64,000 bases of DNA. Origin: Abditibacteriaceae bacterium (GTDB taxonomy: Bacteria; Armatimonadota; Abditibacteriia; Abditibacteriales; Abditibacteriaceae). This document shows, one piece after another, positions 9,990 to 19,401 of this stretch. The position numbers were made by a program, and so were the translations under genes. How positions within the stretch are numbered: position 1 is the first letter of the stretch; each line of letters starts with the position of its first letter. Location: contig OZ255721.1 in assembly GCA_965277285.1 (NCBI GenBank), positions 768,001 through 832,000 of the forward strand, read 5' to 3'. Below the pieces are notes generated by a model. That model had not been told where the DNA came from. It ran no database searches and saw only the letters and a list, made by a program, of their open reading frames with translations.

Positions 9990-11375
9990 CTATTGAAGCG
10001 AACGAATCGCAATCGCCAGATCGTTATCTAATTGCGGCACAACGAACTTCAAAACGCCGTCAGTGCGCACTTGCAATTGTTGAAGACAAACGCCGTCGCG
10101 CGTGTTCCACAAGCTAATCGAGTACTCAATAGGTTGCATTTGCTGCAACATCAGGCGAACATCGCACAAAGGTTCGCGTTGCGGCATCGTGCCTTTATGA
10201 TGTTTGGGCATATCGCGCAGCAGCCACAAAACGGCTTGTCGCTCATCGCCGACTGCGAAAACATGAACATCGCGCGCGGAAACTTGCACGTTTTTCGTCC
10301 AGTCGCGCGGCGAAAAATGGCGCCAATCAAGCAGCGGGACGAACTTCGCCAGATTTCCCAACGCGTGCTTCATGCCTTGAGTAATGTTGTGCGGATGACG
10401 CGCTGGCCAGCGCATTCCGCTGCCGCAACCGCCGCTCGCCAGATGCGCCCACATCAAATGACGCTCGTATTCGTCGTCGAAGGCTTCATCCAAATACTTC
10501 TTGTGATCGTTGAACAGGTGAATTGGGCCATGCTCGCTGTCGGTAAAAGGGCGATTGGCAGGCGTTCGTTCCAAACCAAAACACGTCCAGCGAGCCATCG
10601 CCAATGCGGGCGCGACGGTGTTCTGCGGAAAGTCGATGTCGCCTTTGTTGTAGATGTGCGTGGTGGCGAAATCGAGATCGGGATGCTCGAAAACAAGTTT
10701 CGAGTACTCGTTTGGCTCTGGCCCGAAAATCGAAACCGTTTGAGGCCGCACAAATCCCCACGTTTTGCACTCTTCTTCCCGAATCGCCTGCGACCAACGC
10801 GCAACTACACGACTTTGCTCTTCGACATTGCCGCCCCAATGCGGATGAATCTCGTTGAATAAATCCCAGGCGCCAAAGCTGCCGTATTTGCCCCAACGAT
10901 GAGCGACGAAGCGCAAGCGATTTTCAACAGCGGCAATTGTCACAGAGTCAGTAAAAAACGATTGAGGATTTTGCGCTGGGCCACCGTTTCGTGTGTTGTA
11001 GGGATGCTTGTGCCAGCGCCGCGCCATCCAGAAATTGTCCCACGGCGCCAGCAAAATGCGCAGTCCAAAACGCTCGCACAACTCAAACAAATCGTCCCAC
11101 AAACGCACCATCGCGGGGTTAAAGACGCCGACGCGTCGCTCGAAGTAGCGGCCTTCGGTGTGCGCATATTCCAACATCAAGCGCAACGTATTGATGCCGT
11201 TGTCCGACAGAGAACGCAGATAGTTTTCAACGGAAGCGAGATCGCGGCGGCGATAAAGTCCGTTCAAGCCTGGCCAACTGATGGCATCGTTAGCGCCAAT
11301 GAAAAGAAACGGTTCGCCCTGGAAGGTTTCAAAATAACGTCCGCCTGGAGCGACGCGCAAAGGAGAAAGTGTCAC
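9990..11375 (-). CDS. Glycoside hydrolase, clan GH-A (GH5/cellulase-like)
   Basis: WDLFNE acid/base motif, HIY, DSEHG putative nucleophile region. Confidence 0.75.
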   Translation of the reverse strand: MTLSPLRVAPGGRYFETFQGEPFLFIGANDAISWPGLNGLYRRRDLASVENYLRSLSDNGINTLRLMLEYAHTEGRYFERRVGVFNPAMVRLWDDLFELCERFGLRILLAPWDNFWMARRWHKHPYNTRNGGPAQNPQSFFTDSVTIAAVENRLRFVAHRWGKYGSFGAWDLFNEIHPHWGGNVEEQSRVVARWSQAIREEECKTWGFVRPQTVSIFGPEPNEYSKLVFEHPDLDFATTHIYNKGDIDFPQNTVAPALAMARWTCFGLERTPANRPFTDSEHGPIHLFNDHKKYLDEAFDDEYERHLMWAHLASGGCGSGMRWPARHPHNITQGMKHALGNLAKFVPLLDWRHFSPRDWTKNVQVSARDVHVFAVGDERQAVLWLLRDMPKHHKGTMPQREPLCDVRLMLQQMQPIEYSISLWNTRDGVCLQQLQVRTDGVLKFVVPQLDNDLAIAIRSLQ

Positions 11376-11423
11376 GAAATCTTATTTCCAAACAAAGTTT
11401 GTATGCTCACAAAACACACAAAC

Positions 11424-11508
11424 AACGAACCCGAAGCGTGAGCGACGGGCTTAACTTGGGTTGTATGTAACTGTTAGTTAAGCCCGTCGCTCACGCTTCG
11501 GGTTCGTT
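11424..11508. repeat. AACGAACCCGAAGCGTGAGCG-type inverted repeat
   Basis: 33-bp perfect arms; relatives at 58116-58194 and 42897-42999. Confidence 0.9.
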
Positions 11509-11529
11509 ACCGAAACGCTTAGATGCGAG

Positions 11530-12981
11530 TTACTTCCGTCGAATCAGCCACATCGCCAGGCCGCCGAGCAGCGCGCCTTTGAGTACGCGATCCGCTTGAG
11601 GATGCGTTTCCAACCAGTTCGAGACGCTTTTAGTTTTCGCCTGATCGGTGAAATCGCCGCCGATGTGCCCGTGTCCGTTCAAAGAATGGAACAAGTTGTC
11701 GGGCGCGCTGGCGCTTTTCGGCTCGTTCGTCATCTGCGCCTTAATTGCCGATTTGAACAGCATTTTGTCCACCAACGCGGGACTGACTTTTTGCAGACTG
11801 GCCATCATGCGTCCAGCGCCGCCCGCGTAAATATCGCGCGTCGGGTTTTCGGCGGCGTGCAAAATTACTTCGGCCACCACTTGAGGCTGATAAATCGGCG
11901 GCGCGGGCATCGGCTTGACGCCCAATTTGGTGCGCGCATGGTTGAACAACGGCGTGTTGATGCCTGAGGGCATCACGTTCGTCACGTAAATTGGCACGCC
12001 TTCTTCCATCAATTCCATGCGCAGCGCATCCAAAAACCCGACCATGCCATGCTTCGATGAACCATAAGCGCTCTGCAGCGGAAACGCGCGCTTTGCTTCG
12101 ACCGAAGAAACGTGAATCAAAGCGCCGCGACCTTCGCGCTTCAAATGTGGCAGCGCCGCCATCGCGCCATACGCTTGGCCAACCAGATTGATTTCGATCA
12201 CGCGCTTGAACTCTTCGGGCGTCGTGTCGGCGAACTTTGCGTAAATCGAAACCGCCGCGCAATGCACCCACGTATCAAGTCGCCCATATTCCGCAACCGC
12301 GCGGTCGGCAACAGCTTTCACCTGCTCGAACTCCGACGCATCGGCGACCACAGAAACCGCTGTTCCACCGAAATTGCGGATGCTTTCAACCAGCGTTTTC
12401 AAGCCTTCTTCGCCGCGCGCTGCGACCACGACTTTGGCGCCCTTGCGCGCAAACTGGATCGCCGTTTCGCGCCCGATGCCGCTCGAGGCGCCAAACACGA
12501 CAACCACTTGTTCGCTGATCGGCTTGAGGCTCGTCGCGGCTTCAATTTCGGCCAATCGAGTACTCGATTGGCGCACCGGAGCGTCTTCGCCGCGCACTTT
12601 GGCCGAAACGGTTTGCGCCATGTGTTGCGCGCTTTCCGAGACCTGCGCGACTTTTTCCTGCGCCGTTCCCGTTAGGTCAGCGACTTTCCCCTGCGCGTTT
12701 TCAAGAACCGGCGCGGCGGCTACCTGCAACTGTCCGACTTTTTCTTTAGCGACTCCCGCCAATTGCTGAGCGCGCCCGATTGTCGCATCTTTCACGTCCT
12801 GAACGAGCTGCTCCTTGACTTTTTGCGGGTTCAACTTGTCCTGAATGGCGTCGATGGTTTGCGACATTTCGCTGCGCGTTTCCTCGATTTCGCCGCGCAG
12901 TTCATGCGCTCCGCGCTCTTCGCCGTAATCGCCACCTTTGTTTTCAGCTTGCTCGTTTTCTTTCTTTTCGTGTTCGCTCAT
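11530..12981 (-). CDS. SDR-family oxidoreductase with N-terminal DUF3618-like coiled domain
   Basis: GASSGIG and YGSSK SDR motifs; N-terminal EIEETRSEMSQTIDAIQDKLNP; ATGA overlap with upstream stop. Confidence 0.85.
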   Translation of the reverse strand: MSEHEKKENEQAENKGGDYGEERGAHELRGEIEETRSEMSQTIDAIQDKLNPQKVKEQLVQDVKDATIGRAQQLAGVAKEKVGQLQVAAAPVLENAQGKVADLTGTAQEKVAQVSESAQHMAQTVSAKVRGEDAPVRQSSTRLAEIEAATSLKPISEQVVVVFGASSGIGRETAIQFARKGAKVVVAARGEEGLKTLVESIRNFGGTAVSVVADASEFEQVKAVADRAVAEYGRLDTWVHCAAVSIYAKFADTTPEEFKRVIEINLVGQAYGAMAALPHLKREGRGALIHVSSVEAKRAFPLQSAYGSSKHGMVGFLDALRMELMEEGVPIYVTNVMPSGINTPLFNHARTKLGVKPMPAPPIYQPQVVAEVILHAAENPTRDIYAGGAGRMMASLQKVSPALVDKMLFKSAIKAQMTNEPKSASAPDNLFHSLNGHGHIGGDFTDQAKTKSVSNWLETHPQADRVLKGALLGGLAMWLIRRK

Positions 12982-13379
12982 TTCGCTTGCTCCTTCGCCC
13001 ATTGCACGTCTTCCTTGATCGTCTCGACGGTTTGTTGCGGCACCATGCTGACGCCTTTAATCGCCGCGATGCCTTTCAAGGCCAGAATCGCGGCGCCAGC
13101 GCCCAGCAAAATGGTGACAATCAACGCCGCCAGCCACACTTTCACGACAACGATGGCCACCGCGAAAATCAGAAAAACGACGAGCGCCATAAACGCGCCC
13201 AATCCCAGTACAGCGCCCGCGACCGCCAGGCCGAGATTTTTGCCGATTTTGGCGGCTTTTTGCGTCATCTCGGTTTTGGCGAGTTGCACTTCCTGACGCA
13301 CCAAAGTCGAGGTTTCGCGCGTTAAATCGCCGAACAGTTCGCCCAGCGATTTGTCTTTCGGGTCTTTCACATCCGCCAT
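12978..13379 (-). CDS. Phage-holin-family (holin-X / DUF1469-like) membrane protein
   Basis: SLGELFGDL..LVRQEVQLAKTE, two TM helices, PQQTVETIKEDVQW; AAGGAG RBS. Confidence 0.85.
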   Translation of the reverse strand: MADVKDPKDKSLGELFGDLTRETSTLVRQEVQLAKTEMTQKAAKIGKNLGLAVAGAVLGLGAFMALVVFLIFAVAIVVVKVWLAALIVTILLGAGAAILALKGIAAIKGVSMVPQQTVETIKEDVQWAKEQAK

Positions 13380-13452
13380 ATTTCTACTCCTTGCTATTCG
13401 CAATTGGGGACACAGAAGCTGCGCTTACGCGTCCCGTTTCGGGAACAGCACC

Positions 13453-13932
13453 TTACAAAAGATTGCCGTTTTCGTCTTCGACACGCGCGCCGCCGCTCGC
13501 TTGATGGTCGTCATCGCCCGTCACGCTCATATCAGTTGAAGCGACATCGACAAGGCCGACATCGGTCATTTCGAGTTGCGTCGAACGCGTGCCAATCACG
13601 CTTTCGCTTGGCCCAACGCCCGGCGGCTCTGCCATCGAACCCAATTCGCCCGCCGTATTCAAATTGACGATGCCGCTGTCGACGGTCGTTGTATCGGCGC
13701 CTGACGAACCCGCGCCGACGTATTTTGGGTCGAAATCGCCGCCGGTTGTGCCGTCAGCGGCTGGCCCCAAATCTTTCGCGGTCGGTTCATAAGAAAGTTT
13801 TTCCGTGCTGCGCTCCGCGATGGCTTCAATGCCGCCGCGATTGTTCACGCTACGCGGATCGTCCTCGCTCATTTCAAAACCCGTGCCAGAAAGGGTTTTA
13901 TCGTCGGTCGCATTGTTGGTCTCGTCGCTCAT
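13453..13932 (-). CDS. Hypothetical acidic, low-complexity protein
   Basis: D/E/G/S/T-rich ORF with GGAGG RBS. Confidence 0.7.
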   Translation of the reverse strand: MSDETNNATDDKTLSGTGFEMSEDDPRSVNNRGGIEAIAERSTEKLSYEPTAKDLGPAADGTTGGDFDPKYVGAGSSGADTTTVDSGIVNLNTAGELGSMAEPPGVGPSESVIGTRSTQLEMTDVGLVDVASTDMSVTGDDDHQASGGARVEDENGNLL

Positions 13933-14024
13933 CGTGTCCTCCAGGATCCATTTGCGGCGCTTTCTTAGAGCGGCTTCGATGCCCGTAACACGCTTTCGAG
14001 TACTCGATATTGTAAAATCGCCGC

Positions 14025-14525
14025 ATGAAACTACGCAACATCGTCACTTTCCAAGCGCCCCACTTCGTGCCGCCCGATATTCAACAGATAATCGAAAAAC
14101 ACAACGCCGTTATAGAATTGGAAGATGCGTTTATAGATCTTCTGATTTCAATGGCGAGCATTGTATTTGAAGGTTTGAAACAACGCGGTTTCCGTTGCGA
14201 AGAGCCTTTCTTCAACCTGAAATGGAGTGCAGCTCAAATCACAGTTGATGTGAACGGCTATGCTTTTGCCGTCCTGCTTAAGCTGGATTCCAAAGAGCAT
14301 TACTGGTTCATTCACGTTGGCTCACTGGAGCAATATGGCGCACCTTTGATGAAAGAAAAATACAATTACGAAGACGCCAACGAACATCACGCTGTCTGTG
14401 AAGCCGTTGACGAAGTTCTGCGTTCTGATTCTCAGATTACCGATGTTCGGTGGTATTCTTACGACGAGCGGCGCGCAGAACGCGAGCAACAGAAAACAGC
14501 TCATCAAGCAAAGGATTCTTCATAA
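14025..14525 (+). CDS. Hypothetical protein (paralog of 15159-15620)
   Basis: Shares MK.RNIVTF.APHFV and AVC.AVDEVLRSD.QIT.VRW.SYDE with the paralog. Confidence 0.8.
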   Translation: MKLRNIVTFQAPHFVPPDIQQIIEKHNAVIELEDAFIDLLISMASIVFEGLKQRGFRCEEPFFNLKWSAAQITVDVNGYAFAVLLKLDSKEHYWFIHVGSLEQYGAPLMKEKYNYEDANEHHAVCEAVDEVLRSDSQITDVRWYSYDERRAEREQQKTAHQAKDSS

Positions 14526-14556
14526 CACGCACAGATTCGACGTTTCGAGTACTCGA

Positions 14557-15117
14557 TTACAATAACGTCCACTCAACACCGCGCGGCCCGGCGCTGGCGT
14601 GAATGTGGCCGCAGGCGACCAGTTGCGGCTGTTGTTGCGAAATGGTTTCGCGCACAGCCAGGCTTCCCAGGTGGCGCGCATTTGACGAAAGGTCAACCAC
14701 GCCTTGAGGCGGAGAATGCGACACCAGAACAGCGCGAGCGGGACAATCGCGCAATAGTTGCCGCGCGTCTTCCTCGCCGAAGTCGTAGCTCCACGCGCCA
14801 AAAGGCGTGATGGGAACGCCACCGCCCAGCCCGAAAAACGTTATGCCATCAATGGTCGCGCCGGTGCCATGCAAAACGTGAACATCTTTCCAGCCACCGC
14901 AGGCAGCTTTCAATTCATCAAAGGTTTCGTTGTTGCCCGGAATGAGAACCGTCGGAACTTCGATTTCCCTCAAGATGCGAATACAACTTTCCAGCCCTCG
15001 ATGGGCATTGCAGAAGTCGCCCGCGCCAACGCAAGCATCGAAATCGCGGCTGCGTTGAACCAAGTGTCGAGCGGCTTCAATGTCACCGTGCAAGTCGCTG
15101 AATAAAAGCAGTTTCAT
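14557..15117 (-). CDS. Metallophosphoesterase (calcineurin-like, Icc-related)
   Basis: SDLHG, AGDF, PGNNE, SHSPP and CGHIH motifs. Confidence 0.9.
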   Translation of the reverse strand: MKLLLFSDLHGDIEAARHLVQRSRDFDACVGAGDFCNAHRGLESCIRILREIEVPTVLIPGNNETFDELKAACGGWKDVHVLHGTGATIDGITFFGLGGGVPITPFGAWSYDFGEEDARQLLRDCPARAVLVSHSPPQGVVDLSSNARHLGSLAVRETISQQQPQLVACGHIHASAGPRGVEWTLL

Positions 15118-15158
15118 ATCTTGATTCTCCCATTCAGTGCCTGTTATAAAATCGCCGT

Positions 15159-15620
15159 ATGAAAATTCGTAATATCGTCACCTTTGAAGCGCCCCATTTC
15201 GTATCGGCATCACCATTACAAGAAGGTTCCGATGAACTCGTTGTTTCCTGTAGAAGCGAAATCGCAATGGCAACTTTCATCGTCGGTTTGTTGCGCGACA
15301 AAGGATTTGAGTGCAAATCGCCTTATCAATACATCAAGTTCCGCGATGCCGTCTTTTTCGATGTCTTTTTGGATTGTTATAGATATTGGTGTTCTTTGGG
15401 TTTGGAAAATCAACACCAGTGGTTGATTGATGTTTACTCAATGCGTGAACACGATGCGACTTGGTTTAAGCACCTGTACGACGAACAAGACGCCACCGAA
15501 TGGCGCGCCGTCTGCCACGCCGTTGATGAGGTTCTGCGCTCCGATCCTCAAATTACAAATGTTCGATGGTTTTCTTACGATGAATTGGAGAAAGAAGACG
15601 AACCGAAAGACTCATCGTGA
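15159..15620 (+). CDS. Hypothetical protein (paralog of 14025-14525)
   Basis: Conserved termini shared with the paralog. Confidence 0.8.
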   Translation: MKIRNIVTFEAPHFVSASPLQEGSDELVVSCRSEIAMATFIVGLLRDKGFECKSPYQYIKFRDAVFFDVFLDCYRYWCSLGLENQHQWLIDVYSMREHDATWFKHLYDEQDATEWRAVCHAVDEVLRSDPQITNVRWFSYDELEKEDEPKDSS

Positions 15621-16688
15621 AAGCTGGCAATTTAACGCCTCGCGCGCATAACTTTCCAATTCGGTTGCGCGATGATGCGCGGTGTGGCGTTCGAGTACTC
15701 GCTGGCGCGCGCGCTGGCCGATTTGCTGGCGTTCTTCATCGCCGATTTCGCGCAGAAAATGCAAGGCTTCTTCGGTGGAATGCGCGATCATGATTTCCCT
15801 GTTTGGCACAAAGAATTCGTCCAAACCTTCCCACCAATCGGAAATAATTGGCGTACTGCAGGCGGCGGCTTCAAACAAGCGAACGCTGGGCGAATGTCCC
15901 ATTTGGATCATGTCCGCGCGCGTGATATTCAATGTCCAGCGGCTCGCGTTGTAAAACCCGCGATGTTGCGCAGGCGGCAAATGCTCGATGCGTTGCACAT
16001 TCTGCGGCCACGCAATTGTCGATGGATATTGCGGCCCGGCGACCACGAAACGGCCTTCGTTCCAACGTCGCGCAGGTTCCACCAGCAAGCGTTCCACGCC
16101 TGGCTGACGATCATCGGAATACGTTCCCAGATAACTTAAATCATATTTTGGCAGCGCGACTTCGGGGAAATAAAGTTCGGGATCGACCGAGCAGTAAAGC
16201 GGGCGCGCGCACGGCGAACCCCAATCGTGTTCGAGTACTCGAAGCGTCTTGCCGCCGCTGAACGAAAGGTAAACGTTGTATTTCGGAATCAATTGCGGGT
16301 TGATGTATTCGTAATCGCCGCGCGCCAGTTTCGCCAATGTCACCGGCGTATCAATATCGTAAAAGGCGGTCGCGCCGCGCGCCGTGTTGCAAACCCATTC
16401 GCCGACTTGAACGCCGTCGGGAACATACGAACCGACGATCACGAAATCGGCGTCGCGCACATCGTTGGCAAATCGGTCGCGCAGTTCCTCCACATCGGCG
16501 TAAAGTTCGGTGCGACCAAACGACGGCTGCGCCAGATCACGATGTTTGGCATACCACGGAACATCGCGTTCGAGAAAGAGAACGTCGTGCCCCAAAGCGC
16601 ACAATTCACGCACCAAACCGCGATAAGTCGTCGCGTGCCCGTTGCCCCACGACGACGTAATCGAAAGACCGAGAATAACGATTTTCAT
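15612..16688 (-). CDS. CgeB-family glycosyltransferase
   Basis: SSWGNGHATTYRG, YDIDTPVT, SPSVRLFEAAAC, HTAHHRA. Confidence 0.9.
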   Translation of the reverse strand: MKIVILGLSITSSWGNGHATTYRGLVRELCALGHDVLFLERDVPWYAKHRDLAQPSFGRTELYADVEELRDRFANDVRDADFVIVGSYVPDGVQVGEWVCNTARGATAFYDIDTPVTLAKLARGDYEYINPQLIPKYNVYLSFSGGKTLRVLEHDWGSPCARPLYCSVDPELYFPEVALPKYDLSYLGTYSDDRQPGVERLLVEPARRWNEGRFVVAGPQYPSTIAWPQNVQRIEHLPPAQHRGFYNASRWTLNITRADMIQMGHSPSVRLFEAAACSTPIISDWWEGLDEFFVPNREIMIAHSTEEALHFLREIGDEERQQIGQRARQRVLERHTAHHRATELESYAREALNCQLSR

Positions 16689-16764
16689 TGCTAAAACCTT
16701 GTTCCAATGGTCAATAAAAGAAGTGTGCTATGGTTATGCTAAATCGGATGAGGCAGAAGCCACC

Positions 16765-17034
16765 ATGAACGATCAGGAACCCGCGCTCAGCGCATTAGTT
16801 GTTATTGCTGCGATTTTCGGTACGGTAGCTGGTGCTATCTTAGGCGGCTTGCTCGCCGGACTTTGCGGTTTTGCGCTCCTAACCGCCGCCCTTTTGATGA
16901 CCCACACTTCGGGCGACCAAGCTACAGGTGTCGGAGGATTGATACTCTTACCTGTCCCATTTGGAATGGTGTTCGGAGCCATCAAGTCCTGCAACATAAT
17001 CAAGAAATACTTTGATTTACCCAACCAAGATTGA
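16765..17034 (+). CDS. Small hypothetical membrane protein, antisense within the operon
   Basis: Two hydrophobic segments; GAGG upstream; AT-richer. Confidence 0.5.
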   Translation: MNDQEPALSALVVIAAIFGTVAGAILGGLLAGLCGFALLTAALLMTHTSGDQATGVGGLILLPVPFGMVFGAIKSCNIIKKYFDLPNQD

Positions 17035-17036
17035 TT

Positions 17037-18107
17037 TCAACCTCTATGCAACGCCAAAACTTCTTCCAACTGCGCGGCGCGATGCGCGTAAGTGTGAGAT
17101 TCGAGTACTCGATGCAAGGCGTTCTGGCCGATTTTGCGGGCACGTTCTAAAGTTAGTTCGCTTAGAATCTTCGCCACATCGTCGCCGTTGTGCGCGACTA
17201 AAATCTCGTGCTCGGGTTCGAGAAATTGCTCGATGCCTTCCCAATAATCGGTAACGATGCACGCGCCCGCGCCCGCCGCTTCAAAGACGCGCGTGGCCGG
17301 AGAAAAGCCATAACGCGCCATGCTTTCGCGCGAAATGTTGAGAGCACACAGCGGCGTGCCATGAAACGCGTTGTGATCGCGCGTGTAAACGTGACCGATA
17401 TAGTTGATATTCGCCGTCCGTGCGTGATCGTCCCAGCCGCTGCCACCCAGCAGAAAACGCTTGTTCGGCAACTGTACAGCCGCCTTCCAGAAGAACTCTT
17501 CGACGCGCGCTTCGCGGTCGGGCAAGCGATTGCCTAAAAACCCCAAATCGGCCTCGAAACGCGCTTCAGCGGGAACCGGAAAATGCGTCGTCGGGTCGAG
17601 CGCGTTGTAAATCGGCACGCAACGCCGCGCGCCCAACTTGGCGTAAGCGTTGATAACAGGATCGCCGCCGCCATAAGTCAAGATCAAATCGTAGCACGGA
17701 ATCAGGGCGCGAAGGGCGTCGTCCGCGTTGTTTTCGACGCGATCCAACGTCGCGGGCGCGTCCACATCCCAGAAAGCGATCAATGTTTGCGCACTTTGCA
17801 AATCGAGAACGCCCGCTTCCAAAAGTTCATCGAAGACGCCAACGCCGCTCGCTTTGACGACCAGATCGCTGCCGCGCGCGTCTTCGAGTACTCGATGCGC
17901 GGCTTCTGCGGAGTTTTCGTAAACCACGACACGCGCCCAATCGGGGTCGGCGATGTCGCGGTGTTGTTGGCGCTCATAGGCGTCGGGTTCATAAAACGTG
18001 ATGGTGTGACCGCGCTCGTGCAACGCGCGAATCATGCCGCGATAATACGTCGCCGCGCCATTCCAATAGGCCGAAACCAGACTCGATCCGAAAAAAGCAA
18101 TGTTCAT
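17037..18107 (-). CDS. CgeB-family glycosyltransferase
   Basis: SAYWNGAATYYRG, WDVDAPAT, SPATRVFEAAGAG, HTYAHRA. Confidence 0.9.
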   Translation of the reverse strand: MNIAFFGSSLVSAYWNGAATYYRGMIRALHERGHTITFYEPDAYERQQHRDIADPDWARVVVYENSAEAAHRVLEDARGSDLVVKASGVGVFDELLEAGVLDLQSAQTLIAFWDVDAPATLDRVENNADDALRALIPCYDLILTYGGGDPVINAYAKLGARRCVPIYNALDPTTHFPVPAEARFEADLGFLGNRLPDREARVEEFFWKAAVQLPNKRFLLGGSGWDDHARTANINYIGHVYTRDHNAFHGTPLCALNISRESMARYGFSPATRVFEAAGAGACIVTDYWEGIEQFLEPEHEILVAHNGDDVAKILSELTLERARKIGQNALHRVLESHTYAHRAAQLEEVLALHRG

Positions 18108-18116
18108 AGATATTGA

Positions 18117-18214
18117 ACCACCAAGACACCAAGGCCACCAAGAAGAAAAGAGGAGAAGTACCGAGTACTCGATTTACGATCTTCTTCTCCTGGTGGACTT
18201 GGTGTCTTGGTGGT
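18117..18214. repeat. CACCAAG-based inverted repeat with a palindrome variant in the loop
   Basis: ACCACCAAGACACCAAG ... CTTGGTGTCTTGGTGGT; CCGAGTACTCGA at 18161. Confidence 0.8.
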
Positions 18215-18217
18215 GAA

Positions 18218-19306
18218 TCAAAGTTCGTTGTAGATATTCAACAATTCGTCCACGCGATGGGCGCAAGTGTGGCGCGCGCGGATGGTTTTCAAGCCGTGTT
18301 CAGCCAGGCTTTGCGCCAGTTGTGGTTCGTTCAGGACACGGCGCAGTTGATGTTTCATTTCTTCGCCGTTTTGTGCGCACAAGAAATCTTCGCCGGGCGA
18401 AAATAAATGCTCGCAATCGTTCCACGGCGCGCTGATTAAAGGAATGCCGCAGGCCAGCGCCTCGAAAGGTCGAATCGTTGGGATGCCGGGCAAAGATTCG
18501 ACATAAGGGCGGCGCGGTACATGAACCGTCACTTTGAACTGCGCGAAAACTTGCGGCGCGCGATAATTGGGCAACCAGTTCGCGTACTCGATGCCGCTTT
18601 CGCGCAACGCAGCTTTGGCGTGTTCGGGATAACGCACGCCATGAACGCGCGCCTTCAACTTCAATGCTTTGACCGGCTCCAGCAAGAATTCGTGCAGTTC
18701 TCGCGTGCGTTCCTCGTCGCCCCAATTGCCGATCCACACCAGATCGCCTTGCTTTTCGACATCTTTTTGCGGATAGAAAACGCGCGTATCAGCGGCTTCA
18801 TGCCATGTCCAGGCGCGGCGCGTCCAGGCGTTTTGCAAATAGAGGTCGCGGATGACTTGGCCGAATGCGAGGACGCCATCGTAACCGCTCAAATCGTAAT
18901 TTGACATCGACTCGCATTCGGTCACAGCGCGATGATGCGTGTCGTGAAACAACAGTTTGTAGCGATTTTTGCGGCGATGTTCACCAACTTTCCTGACCAG
19001 TCCGTGTTCGTTCCATTCGTGAACAATCACCAAATCAGCGTCACTCAAAGCATCATCGAGATTGAGCGTTTGCAGATCATATCGAGTACTCGAATTGGCC
19101 AATTGCGGATAAAACTGACGAAATTCTTCCAGCGCATTTTTGCCATTTTCCTGCACCAAGTTCTGCACGCTCCACGCGTCGCGCGGCTCGAAAACCTGCA
19201 CATCGTGGCCGCGTTCAACTAATTCGGACGCGACGCCACGCAGAAAATGCGCGTTGCCGTGATTCCAATCGGACAACAAAGAGTGGCTAAAATAAACGAT
19301 TTTCAT
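18218..19306 (-). CDS. CgeB-family glycosyltransferase
   Basis: SDWNHGNAHFLRG, HDTHHRA, IPTIRPFEALACG, HTCAHRV. Confidence 0.9.
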   Translation of the reverse strand: MKIVYFSHSLLSDWNHGNAHFLRGVASELVERGHDVQVFEPRDAWSVQNLVQENGKNALEEFRQFYPQLANSSTRYDLQTLNLDDALSDADLVIVHEWNEHGLVRKVGEHRRKNRYKLLFHDTHHRAVTECESMSNYDLSGYDGVLAFGQVIRDLYLQNAWTRRAWTWHEAADTRVFYPQKDVEKQGDLVWIGNWGDEERTRELHEFLLEPVKALKLKARVHGVRYPEHAKAALRESGIEYANWLPNYRAPQVFAQFKVTVHVPRRPYVESLPGIPTIRPFEALACGIPLISAPWNDCEHLFSPGEDFLCAQNGEEMKHQLRRVLNEPQLAQSLAEHGLKTIRARHTCAHRVDELLNIYNEL

Positions 19307-19322
19307 CGGGGAAATTTGATCT

Positions 19323-19401
19323 GTAGGGACGCAGTTCACTGCGTCCGGTATGCGCTTGTTCGATGCTAAAACTCAACGGACGCAGTGAACTGCGTCCCTA
19401 C
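19323..19401. repeat. GTAG-type REP doublet (REPIN-like)
   Basis: GTAGGGACGCAGTTCACTGCGTCC and its inverted copy. Confidence 0.85.

Noticed and set aside
12978..13379. Holin and HNH genes as evidence of a prophage
   Set aside because: Both families are common in chromosomes; no phage structural, terminase or integrase genes in the window.
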